Shown here: piece by piece, positions 52,348-64,000 of the stretch
Position numbering within the stretch: the stretch's first letter is position 1
Layout of the letters: each line of letters opens with the position of its first letter
Assembly: GCA_013265495.1 (NCBI GenBank)
Contig: MU058718.1
Span: forward strand, 3,061,779 to 3,125,778
Source: Vicugna vicugna
Taxonomy: Eukaryota
Length of the DNA: 64,000 nucleotides
Direction: 5' to 3'
Translations under genes and position numbers: made by a program
Notes under the pieces: model-generated
What the model was told of the DNA's origin: nothing
The model's input: the letters and a program-made list of their open reading frames with translations, nothing else
Databases searched by the model: none

Positions 52348-52844
52348 AAAGCCAACTGGAATGATCAGAGAAAACATAACCTAGGGGATATCAACCTGGA
52401 ATCCAAGCTGATTTTAACTCATAAAGAGTTTGTGTCTTTTACACCTTGTATATCTGCAAACAGTAGACACCTCGTGTTTTCACTCTTACCGTTCAAGTGC
52501 CATACCTACAAGAATGCAACCTGCAGATTATTGTTTTAATTAAATGATCTTTGCATAACAGATGGACCAAGATGACACTCCCCAAAACCTGAGATTTTGG
52601 CCTGAAGAGATTACTCACTCCCTAATTATCTCCTCTTTACTTTTGGTCTTTCACATGTAGTTTCACAAGAATTTCCTTTGTTAACTATGCTTTCAGCATA
52701 GTGGTTGGAAATGTATTTCCTGCACAACGGGTTCCGGTGTTTACATTCAGTGGGGTGAAGTACACCACGTCCCCTCGCCACTGCATCACGACCCGCCACC
52801 ACGACCACCGCTATTACCACTCCTCCCAGATAACATCGTTATCA

Positions 52845-52985
52845 TTAGGGGGTAGATACTCCTATTATTCCAGTTTACCCATGAGGAAACTAAAGCATGG
52901 AAAGAGTTAGTAACTCACTTAGAGGTACACAGTTAGATATGGTGGTATTAGGGTTTGAACCTGGATAAGCCACCAGACTACTCAC
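52845..52985 (-). mobile_element. MIR SINE
   Basis: atgaggaaactaaagcatggaaagagttagtaact...gggtttgaacctgg. Confidence 0.7.
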
Positions 52986-55726
52986 TATATATAAATATGA
53001 TGCAACTTTACCCTCAGGCATCAATTGACCCCTGGACAATACACACATGAAAACAGATCATTACAGTCCTGGATTTTTCAACCAATGTTTGCCTTCCTAG
53101 AAAACGTTTTCTACACAGCAGGAATACAGATACGTCATAGATACAAGCTAAAAAACATTGGAGTAGATCCCTCCCTCTTCATATTCTTTCCCAATTTATT
53201 ATTAGTCATTGTTCCCTGCCTGGCCATGTACTTTGGTCCTCAGAAGTCTCATTTTCAGCAACATCTTCAATTATTCAGCCTCAATTGTTCCCCAACCGCA
53301 CATGTATTTGTCCACCTTGTCTCCTGAAGTTGGGCTCAGAAAATGTGGCACTAGATCTCGAGACATAACTGCCCTGTCTTCCATTGCTCTGCTGTTTTTC
53401 CCCAGCTTGTCACTTCCTTCCTCATAGTTCCTTGGCTCTAATTCTTACTCTCCATTCTGCCAACCAAGTCCTGATTATGGCTCAGCAGGGCAGTGGTCAC
53501 AGCCTTCTCCCTGCCCTCCCTGACTTCAGCAGTCTGCTCCTTCCAACCACCCTGCCTCCCGCTCCCAGACTCTTTGTTAAATTACTCCTTCGACTCAAGT
53601 GTAGACAACTCATTGCTGAGCCTATCAAAATCCTAACTCCTTTGCCTGACTTGTAAAGCCTCCATAATCTCAACCCCACCATGTCTATTCAATTTTCTTT
53701 CCCACAAAGTCCAATACACACCCACTGAATCAGTCAGGCTGTTATCCTAACTGTAGAGGCACAACCCACAGGCTTCGACAACTATTTTCCCACCTCATAT
53801 GACGCCCCCTCCCATTGCTTAGGTCACCAGCTAGCTAAATTTTACCCACCATTCAAAGGCCCAGCTCAAATCTCAATTACTAATGAAACGTTCTCCACCA
53901 CTGCAGCACACACTAATCAATTTTTTCTCTTACCTTCTACGACTTTGACAAATTAATAGTAATTTAAATAACAGTACTGGTGGGCTAATCTCTGTTCGGC
54001 ACTTACTATGCACCAGGTCCTATTGGAATAAGTGGTTTTTTTATCTTACATATGAAGGAACACAAGCACTGGGCAGACAACTCAGCTTAACACTTCATTA
54101 TTTGCTAATGATTTCACTTGTGTCACCCTGGTCTTCCTAACTAGCTTTCCACTTTGCTGAGAGCAGAGACTAAGATTCATATTTATGCCACGTCTTCCAC
54201 CCAATTAGTGGAGTTTGTGTGTACTGGAAGTTACAGTACGGTCGGTTGGTTGGTTGTACACATTGACGTTACACAACTTTTAAAATTCCTACCCTGTAAA
54301 AGTGCCACCATGTTTGGACAATGTGTAAATAAATGCTAAACAACACTTTTGAACTCAACAATGAATGGTTTTGGACAATTCAGTCTACAAATGGCCCTAA
54401 GTGAGTCTCTCTAACTTACTTTCACCGCATCCATCCTCTACACACTTGAAATGTATTAAAGGTTGGAAACACAGGTGAGCTGTCAGCAGTCAATGACAAA
54501 ATAATCAGAATGTTTGAAGGGCTACAGGGCAGGGGAGGTTGCTAATTCCATCCTGGCCAAGAATTGGATCTTCTGGTTTTATTAAAAATCAGGTGGCGGC
54601 AAGATTTCCCCAAGTTAACTAAATACTTGCACCACAATATGACAGAGTTTCTCCAAATCTTTTCCAATACTTTTTTCTTTTAACAACTACAGTTGATATA
54701 GACATAAATTCAGCAAAGATAAACATCCCAGTAAAGACAGGGAAAGATTATGCCTTAGATTAAAGCATTCATATTTTTCAAAAGTCACAATTGTTTCTTA
54801 CATTCTGCATAGGCATAAATTCCAATTTTGAATTTTCACACCCACTCTATGAAGAACACCACATGTAAGAATTCCTGAGATTCCTCTTTTCTCTCACTTC
54901 AAATCAAAGCTTGAACTCAAAAGCCAAAACCATAGAGAAAAAATTTTATTTCAAAATTCTAACATTGGCTCAAGTGCAATTCATGAATTCCTGAGCAAAC
55001 TCTCATAAGCTATAAAGGTAACAAATATTTTCTACCAACATAATCAAATGAGAAAACTTATCTAATCAAAGTCATTCTAGTTAAGTTTCCACTGACTACT
55101 GCTCACTGTCACTGATGCCAGCACTTTTCTTCACTTGAAAAAAAAAAATCAGATGAGAAGAAAGAAAACCATTTATATGTCTTGTCTCTTTATGTAATTT
55201 CTTAAAACTTCAGCTTATCAGGATTTCCTTCATTGCCAACTGAAGCCAGAAACATAGCCCATCTGATCCTATAATAATTCCAGTTTGAGAGATAAACTGG
55301 CAAAAAGCATTCTCTTGGAGAAGTCAGTTTTCAAACTAAAACTACTTAGAGGAAACATCATTTCACATTAAATTACAACATTTTATCTCTTTCCCCCTAA
55401 TTATAACCCCCCCCCAAAAACCATCAGCACACTGTGGATAACTTGGAACGTATTTCTTCTTCCTCTTTTATCAACCTTTGGGATTTATTTTCTGCCTCCT
55501 TTGTAAATCTGAAAATGAATTCCTACAGCCTTCGCACATAATCATCCCGTGGGCTGAATATGGAATTCCTGAGACACAACCTTGTCTTCTGGAACACTCT
55601 TCAGGGTTGAGGGGTGTAAACCCAGCTTGATGTTTGTTTCATTAGTAACCTGATCACTTCTATCTAAATGCCTGAAAGAGTCTTTCTTCAACTTGGAAAC
55701 TCAAGTATCTTAAAAAATATATCTCA

Positions 55727-55878
55727 GGGGGATGGTATAACTCAGTGGTCGAGTGTGTGCTTAGAATGCATGAGATCCTAGGTTCAATCCTCAGTACCTC
55801 CATTAAAATAAATCATAAAAATAAATAAACCTAATTACCTCCCCCTCACCCCAATTTTTTTTTAATTTAAAAAAATTT
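55727..55878 (+). mobile_element. tRNA-derived SINE, camelid Vic-1-like
   Basis: A box tataactcagtggt, B box ggttcaatcc, AT-rich tail with aaataaacctaattacctcccc; imperfect TSD aaaaatatatctc/aaaaatatgtcgc. Confidence 0.85.
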
Positions 55879-55914
55879 TAAAAATATGTCGCTATATGAG
55901 TCTGGTAATTGCAA

Positions 55915-56430
55915 TTTTATCTCAGATCTTCTCCAGCTCAGGAGAGTTTTCTTCAAGTTCTTGGCCATTGTTTCCAGTATCTTGTTACATTTCTTCACTG
56001 GGAATAAATGGAATTCTCAGATTAGATCTGGGTTTGCTGTCTTTTTATCTGGTCCCTTTGTGTCTTCCTTTGTTTTCATTTTATTGGTTTGATTTCTGGT
56101 GAGTCTTCTCTGCATTGACTCTTTTTAGTACAGGGGGTTAATTCTATCATACTTTTGGCATATTTGCCCTCATTTCTTATTTCAACCTTTGCAAATCTTC
56201 CTTCATCCCAGTCTGTTTTCTCCAGATGGCCCCTGACTCCTGTCTCACAGTGGCGATGCCTTCTTGCATCTTTTTGAGACTACCAAAAATATGTCTGCTA
56301 AAATGTTTTTCTCTCCTCTGGAGACATTTATTTTCAGATGTATAATCTTGCTTCAAGTTTTAACTGAAAAGCTTCCTTTCCTTTATCTTGCAGGATTCTT
56401 TCCTTGGGCCCCTTTGGGCATTTTCTGTCC
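55915..56430 (-). mobile_element. Very old L1/HAL1-like fragment
   Basis: Pyrimidine-rich, with ccagctcaggagagttttcttc motif; heavily decayed. Confidence 0.45.
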
Positions 56431-58919
56431 CTGCTGAAAAAGAGAACAGTATGTTCCAGCCTGGCACTTGCCAGTAGACAGTATTGGTGAAATCTTCACA
56501 TTCTCTCACTTTCTTCTTGGGCAGAAGCAAAGAAGATCTGGAGGGTACACTGACTCATGTAGTGCCAACCCCAATTTTCAGCTATTCAGATATTCAGCTA
56601 TTGCCAGTCTCTGGGCACTAGGCTGGGGCCCCTCCTGCTCTAATTCCTGTGATCTCAGAATAGGAAGAGAGACTGAGAGGTGACAGAGATTGCTGTTCTG
56701 TTTTAGAGGGTAGCACACAAAAGATCACACACCCTCCGAGCATGCATTGCCTCCTGCCGTCTTCTTGTCTCTCTCCCTATTTTGGGACTTTTTATTACAC
56801 AACTAGCTATTCCAGGACACAACACATCTCAGCTTATCTCCATCAGCCTCCTGCCTGTCGGTGGTCTGGGAGCCACAGTCTCTGAATACATGTGGAAAGG
56901 GAGAAATTGATGGGATGGGTGGGAGGTGTGACTCTGGATATGACTCTGACTGGCTCAGAGGACAGTTTCTTCCCAGTTGGACCATTTGCTTCTCTGGCCA
57001 GTGCACCTCCAAGGTCCTGAAATAGTTGGGAGCAAATGATGGAGGCAAGATACATTCACTTTCTATTCTCTTTCAGCACCAGCTGGGCTTCCCTGGTTCA
57101 TTGCATGGAGAGCATAGTTAGTAATCTTGAGAATATGCTTCTTAATTTATCCCACTGACAATTACATTAGTAGACATATTCTATGAACTTCAGCATCTGG
57201 CCTTTCTCCATCTTAAATTTACACTTATTTTCCTGCTTTTTTCATTCTTTTTGTGTAGTTTCATGGGTATTTTGGGATGAAACCTCTCAGATATTACTTG
57301 TTTCCTCCTATGATAACTAGAGAAGTTTATAAATAAAAATTGTAAATCTTTCTAGCTACACTGGTCCAGGTAATCCATAATAGCCCGTGAATGCAACACA
57401 AGGGAAAAACAGAGATTTTTCTCATGCCACCCATTCAATCAAAGGACAGAGAAATCATGAATTATGCTAATAGCATTATAATGGCTCATGCTTTAGGCAG
57501 AGAGGGAAAGAAAGCAACAAGACTCAAAGTAGCCACAACCCTCTCAGAACCTGGGGGTAAGAATATGCTCTGAAGGTGACAGTACTATGAATTTAGAATG
57601 GGTGAAGTCAGCACCCCCAGGAAAGTTAGTGAGATTACAGCATTTCCCAAGTCTGCAGCAGACAGAAGAGCTTGTTCATCCAACTGAACAAAGACAAATA
57701 AAGTTATTTCTCATATCCAAGAAGAAGCCGGGTTGACTCACATATCCTTAGGATTTAACTATTATTACTGTAAATCAATTTATAACCAGGTAAACTGTGT
57801 AGCCTCCTGACTGAGGGAATAATGAAAAACAGATAGTCAGCTTGGAATCTAGGAAAAGGGGAAGCAGAGAATGGGAATCTGCAGTGAGTCTCTAACCCTA
57901 AGAGAGAGAGCATCGTCTGACTAGTTGGACAAGCATTATCACCCTTTTGGCAGGTAGGTTCCCATGTTGGAAGTGGGGATTCTCATAACTGATGACTCTA
58001 TTTCTAAGATCATTGAGATCCTTTATTCTGAGCCAGTGAGCAAGCTCTCACTTTCTACATGAGGCTTTCCCTCAGTTTAGGGGGAAAAATCTGGGTAGGA
58101 AGAATGTGGCTCTAATGCTGAATGGAAAATAGACCCTAAGCCTGGAGTTCAGTGTTAACATCTTGACTCCAGCTACAGTCATTTGATATGGAGAAATGAC
58201 CCATGCCGTGAAAATAACATTCTGTATGCTTTTTTTTTTTTTGGCCTGTCTTTCCTATTTCCAAATGGCTTCTGTGATCTCCCATTGCCTTCAATCTTAA
58301 TTTCAAGCATTTGAATATAATTCTCAAGATGCTTCTCAAAGGTGTCACCCACCATTCCCCAATGGGAGCTGCTTCCCAGACTGGCCCACCTTGATGGCTT
58401 CCCAAACACCCACATCCATTCCTTCTTCCCTGCCTTTGATCACCCTCTCTCTTATTTGGAATGCCCTCTTACTTCCTCTCCAACCAACCCTTCTTCATGA
58501 AAACTTCTCCAGCTACACTAGACCTACTGATTTCTCCATTTCAGATGCACTGCTTAGCATTTTGAGGCTTAACTCTTCCCTGCCAGTTCTAAATTGCCAT
58601 TGTAGGTTCCCGCTGACACTGTCACTATCCATCTTCTTCTCTGTTATCTAAGCTTAAAGAAATTTCATTACATAATGTTTAATTGCTTGTATATATGACT
58701 AGTGTCCCATATTTCTAAGGGCAGAGAAATATCTGAACTCCCCTCTCTACCTTCACTGCGCTGATCACAGTGATGATAACAATTAAGCACCCGAGCATTT
58801 TCCTGAACGAAATGAAATTTCAGCCAGTCCACAGTGTTACTGCCCGGACCTGGATGTGGTCTGCTGTGCATCTCTTTGCAGAGAGCTGGTTGGTACTGTA
58901 GGTCTCTCCTATGTGAAAA

Positions 58920-59150
58920 CAAATGGTTCAGTGATTAAGAGTGTGGGTTCTGGGGTCAGAGAGTCTCTGAATTCAAATCTCTTTTTTTTTCTCTGCATAC
59001 TTAGGGCAAGCTTCTTAGATTCCCTAAACCACAGTTTTCTCATCTGTAAAACTGGTAGTTCATAGGGCTTTGGGTAAGATTAAAAGAGATCATGTAAGTG
59101 ACATGTTTAACACACATGGTAGGTGCTGGGTAAATACTAACTTATGATTA
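58920..59150 (+). mobile_element. MIR SINE
   Basis: gtgattaagagtgtgggttctggggtcaga...cagttttctcatctgtaaaactgg. Confidence 0.8.
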
Positions 59151-60621
59151 GTAAGAAGAGTTCCAAGGGACGTCTTTATCTGTGTCACTCCCTTGAGAAC
59201 TCTGGGAGAGCTCTAGGACAAGAGAAATTTTGTTGCATAAGATCTTAAGGCTTACTGGGATTAAAAAAAAAAGTAATGAAAGCATTAATATTAGCCCCCA
59301 AACCAGGACTATCAGTCCTTAGTAGTAAGAGGGAGATAAAAATGCTTTCACTTCAATGTGAGTGGCGGGAGCAAGAGAGAGAATAAAGAGAGAGGACATT
59401 GCTCTAGGAAGGTAGAAAATTCCCTGAGACAGAGCCTAAAGCCCGTGCCCTGACCTGGGGCATCAGTCCACAACCAGCCGAGGAGGTGGTAGCCGAGACT
59501 CCAGAGAGTGTCTTCAAATGAAGTGAGGACTGGTCCCAACCTGTTCGCATTTCCTCAGCTGAGGGTGTATGAAACAGGAAAAACAAGACTCCCTCTGCAA
59601 GTGTGGACATGGTGCTCACTCACTGGCCAGACCACTCCAGGTGGTCAGAAGCTCTGATCACTGGAGGTGACCTGTCAAGTTCACAGTCAGCTCGGGCCAC
59701 AGAGGAGCAGCAGGGATGGTGGCCACATGGGGTCAGAGTTGGAAACTGCAGTAGAAACTGACCACTGGCTGGGCCAAGGTGGCCCTTTACCACCTTTTAA
59801 TATGAGCTGGGGTATGAAGTCGAACCAAAGTAAAACTGGGAGGTAGGTGGCTGAGAGCCACATAGAAGTGTGACTTAAGGCTAAGTCCCAATTGTCCCTA
59901 GGAGTATGGCCCCAGAAGACTGTGGCTGAAAAGAATTATCCTGGAGCATAAGCAGCAGAAGGACCGGCAGGGGCATGATCTCAGGCCCCAACTTCTTCCC
60001 AGCGCCTTTACCGTTGGCCTAGGTGCCCTCATCTGGATAGCCTCCAAAATGATTTAGCTCATTATTCTTCATTTGAAAATTATGTCCCAAACTGCTCAAG
60101 GGTATCAACTAATAAGTGTTCTAGGGGTAGCCATTAGGTCTTATCACATGTATGGGCAAACATTCTCCTGAGGAGGCATACAGTCCATCATTCTTAATTG
60201 AATCTGGTAACAGACTTAAAGCCCAGTCTGGGGATTAACATGCTGAAGTGGTTAAACAAAGATTCTTGGCGCCTGAGTGCTTGAGTCCTAAGAACATTTC
60301 AAAGATTCACACGACTCAAGTCAAACCAGAAACCTGGGTGAGGGGAACCGGGCTGCCATGAATTCTTGGCAGGGCTGCTTCCATTGTGAGTGGGAGTTCA
60401 GGTGAGCTGAGGACAAGGCTCAGGAACTGAAAAGGAGGGCCCCTGCTCATTCTCCTTGGACAAATGTTTCTCTCATGGCTAAAACCATTCCTCCAGCAGT
60501 TGAACAAAGGAATGGGATCCCGAGAACACCCAGATACTCTAACATGTCACAAGAGCCTTGGTGTAGCTCTTCAGCCTATACTCTGCTGGATCCAAGGAAG
60601 GCCTTTTGCATCTGATAAACT

Positions 60622-60892
60622 GTGTCCTTCACTTACGGGGAACATTCTTATATTATTCTTGGGTAATTTCCACCTTTACTGTTTTTTTTTTAACCTTTAT
60701 TGTTTGCATGAGGGATCTCCTGGAGCAATTCTTTCAGGTTCTTATTATTTAGCTGCCTTTTTCCAACCCTGTTGTGTTCTTTGTCGTTGTTTCACTTACT
60801 GGGAGGTTTCTACAACTTTGTCTTCTGAATCTTCTTTCAACATATATATATTTTAAAATTTCCGGCATCATATTGTCATTTTCCAAGAGCTC
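60622..60892 (-). mobile_element. Very old L1ME/HAL1-like fragment
   Basis: ggatctcctggag...ttctacaactttgtcttc...attttccaagagctc. Confidence 0.5.
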
Positions 60893-60914
60893 CGAATGTT
60901 TCTTTTAAAAAGTA

Positions 60915-63900
60915 GTGGGGATTTTATAATGATAATAGGACTGATTTGTTAGGAAGACATAACAGCTACAAATGTGTATGCGTTTAATAGCAGAGCTTCA
61001 TGATACATGACAAAGTTGACAGAATTAAGGCGAGGAATTGTTCCACAATTATATCCAGAGACTTTAGCATCCATTAGCAAGCAATTCAGAGAAAAACGAG
61101 ATAAAACATCTGCATAGACATAGAAGGTGTGAACAACACTATCAGTCACCACGCAAATGGCATTTCTGAAACACAAAATACAAAGACTGTAGAATATGTA
61201 TTCTTGTCAAGTACACAGAGCACCTTCACAAAGAAAGGCCATATGCTGGACAGTAAAATAGGTCAGGATATTTTAAAGGATGGAAATAGGCAGAGTGTAT
61301 TTTCTGGCCACAGTGGAATTAAGTAAGAAGTCAATAACAACATGGTCTCTAGGAAAACCCCAAATATCTCGATATCAAGTAAACACTCTCCTAAACAATT
61401 CATAAGTCAAAAACAAAATCACAAGGGAAATTAGGAAATATTTTGAGCTGGATGAAAATGAATTCAGCTAAAATAGCTTTAAAATGCATATATTATAAAA
61501 GGAGAAAAAATTTAAAAATCAGAGAATGATAAAGATAAGGACAGAAATTAGTAAACTAGAAAATAGATAAAACAGAAAATTATCAAGGCTAAAAGACAGT
61601 TTTTAAAAAGATCAATAAAATGGGCAACCTCAAGCTAGACTGATTGAGAGAGAGAGAATGCAAATCACCAATATGAAGATTAAAAAGGGAGACATCACTA
61701 CAGATCCTACAGATGCTTAATGATAAAAAGAATAATATGCAAAACTTAATACCAACAAATTCAACTATTTAGATTAAATAAAAATTCTCAAAAGATGAAA
61801 TTTACCAAAATTGATACTAAAAAAACAGAACATCTGAGTAGTATTTTATCTATACAAAAATGAATTTGTTACAAAACTTTCCCCCAAAATAAAACTCTAG
61901 GTGCAGGTGACTTTAGTAGTAAATTCAATAAAACATTTATGGAAGAAGTAATACCAATCTTACACAAACATTTTCAGAACATAGATGAGAAGAGAATATT
62001 GCCTGATTCATTCTATGAGGCCAGAATGACCCTAATACCAAAATCTGATTTTTAAAAACTCGCCAAAAATAAATAAATAAGTAAGACCACTATCCCTCAT
62101 GTGTACAGACAAAAACTTCTTTACAAACTATTAGCAAATTAAATCCAGCAATATTTAAAAAGAATACTAAATCATGACCAAGTAGATTTTATCTCAGAAT
62201 GCAAGGTTGGTTTAACATTTAAAAAAAAACCGAAAAAACAAATGTAATTCACCCCTATAAGCAAGGGAAAAAAAGGAGAAAAACCACATGGTCATTTCAA
62301 TAACTGCAGAAAAAGTATGTACAAAATTCAACACCTATTCATGGTTAAAGGCAGAAGAAAGTAAACTTACTGCAAACTGAGAGGTAGAGAATTTCCTCAA
62401 ACTGATAAAGATCATCTAAAAAAAACCCCTACAGCTAACATCATACTTAATGGTAAAAGACTGAGTTGTTCCATCCTAGGTTTGGGAACAAAGGAAGAAT
62501 ACATCACTTCTATTCAACATTGTACCAGAGGTTCTAGAAATAGGGCCAAAATGAAAAAAAAAAAAAAAAGAGAGAGAGCGGGAGAGAAATTATAAAAGAA
62601 GTAAAAGTCCTTGTTTTCAGCTGACATGATGATTTACATAGAAAATCCCAGAGAATCTACAAAATGCCTATTAAAATCAGTAAGTGAATTTAGCAAAGTC
62701 ATAGGATACAATGTTGACATATAAACATCTGTATTTATATACTGATAGCTAATGATTTAAAAATAAACTTTTAAAAAATTGAATTTTTAGTAGCACCAAA
62801 AAACCAAAATTGGAGTAAATCTACCAAAATATTTCTAAGACCTTTACACTGAAACTATAAAATCACTGCTGACAACAATTAAAGAAGACTGAAATGGAGA
62901 GTATATATGATATTCATGGATTTGAAGACTGAACACAGTTATTATGGCAGCAATTATCCCCAAATTGATTTTTAGATCCAATGAAATCCTTATCAAAATC
63001 CCAGCAAACTATTTTGCAGAAATTGCCAAACCAATTACAACATTTACATAGAATTGCAAAGAACCTAGAATAACCAAAGCAATTTTTAGAAAAGAAGAAC
63101 AAAGTTGGAGTATATAGCTTTCTTAATTTTAAGAATTACTACAGAGCTACAGTAGTAGTAACAGTTTTATACTGGCAAAAAGACAGACACATAGATCAAA
63201 TTAAAAATTTCTGCTCTTTGAAAAAAAAGAATTAAAATACCCACATGCAAGAAAATATTTACAACCCATATAAAAGACTTGTATCCAAAATATATAAAGA
63301 ATTCTTATAAATCAATAGTAAGAAGACCTACTTTTAAAAGTGGGTAAAAGATTTGAACAAACATTTCACTGAAAATGATATTCAAATACACAGTAAGCCC
63401 ACGGAAAGCTGCTCAACATCATTATTCATCAGGAAAATGAAAATCAAAACTACAATGAAGTTTTATATATCTCATTAGAATGAATGAAATTAAAAAGGCT
63501 GACCATATCTAGTGGAACTCCTGGAACTCTTACACTGCTGGTGGAATGTAAAATGGTACAACTATTCTGGAAAACAGTTTGATCATTTCTTGGAAAGTTA
63601 AACATACACCTATCATACAACCAGCCATCCCACTCTTTGATATTTCAAAAACATGTGCCTATACAAAGGCTTATACATATTCATTGCAAGTTTTTTTGGT
63701 AATTGCCCCAAACTAGAAACAACCCAAGTGTCTACTGATATGTGAATAGGTAAACAAATTGTGGATATCCACCTAATATCCATGCAACATCACCAATGAC
63801 TCTAAAATTACCATACTGAGTGAAAGAAGCCAGACCAAAAAAGAGTGCTTGTATGACTCCATTTACTTAGAATTCTAGAAAGTGCAAGTTAACTTATAGT

Positions 63901-64000
63901 TTCAGTAAAAATAACCATAGTTACCTGAAGATGGAGGTAGAAAGAAGAATGGAATTACAAAAGAGTAGGAGGAAACATTCAGGACTGATAGAAATACACA
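60915..64000 (+). mobile_element. Old L1 (L1MB/MC-like): decayed ORF2 from endonuclease through RT to 3' UTR, with internal deletions; runs off the window
   Basis: EN-region aaatgtgtatgcgtttaatagcagagc; tcattctatgaggccag; gaatgcaaggttggtttaaca; RT motif remnant tcagctgacatgat; 3' UTR gtatgactccattt. Confidence 0.95.

Noticed and set aside
55727..55802. tRNA gene
   Set aside because: A and B boxes are present, but they are followed by a SINE tail and TSD, and no clean cloverleaf is evident.
57455..57490. NYANSIIM resembling a reverse-transcriptase YxDD motif
   Set aside because: Both aspartates are absent and no flanking RT motifs are seen.
1..64000. CRISPR arrays, operons or other prokaryotic systems
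   Set aside because: The sequence is mammalian; no repeat-spacer array or gene-dense segment was seen.

Overview
This is 64 kb of eutherian genomic DNA, most likely from a camelid. That call rests on one tRNA-derived SINE that resembles the camelid Vic-1 type, many L1 3' tails of the form GCTGTACACCAGAAATT(G/A)ACAC, and no Alu, B1/B2, Bov-A/BovB, PRE-1 or CanSINE seen. The window is mostly intronic or intergenic and rich in transposons: L1 (old and lineage-young), L2, MIR, MaLR/ERVL/ERV1 LTRs and hAT MITEs. I recognise no known protein-coding gene, and the supplied ORFs appear to be chance ORFs or decayed L1 ORF2. The main non-repeat landmark is a CpG island with ETS and GC-box motifs at about 24.4-25.1 kb, whose strong splice donors all lie on the minus strand. 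Five minus-strand exon candidates downstream of it (25069 to 376) can be joined in phase into a 109-aa ORF. This is a hypothesis for an unannotated lncRNA or small-ORF gene, not a demonstrated gene. Better-supported oddities are a near-perfect ~227-bp tandem duplication, a 5'-inverted (twin-primed) L1, a TSD-flanked chimera of a young and an old L1 3' end, a decayed U6 retrocopy, and a two-LTR MaLR provirus with nested insertions. Repeat family names come from remembered consensus sequences, not from a database search.
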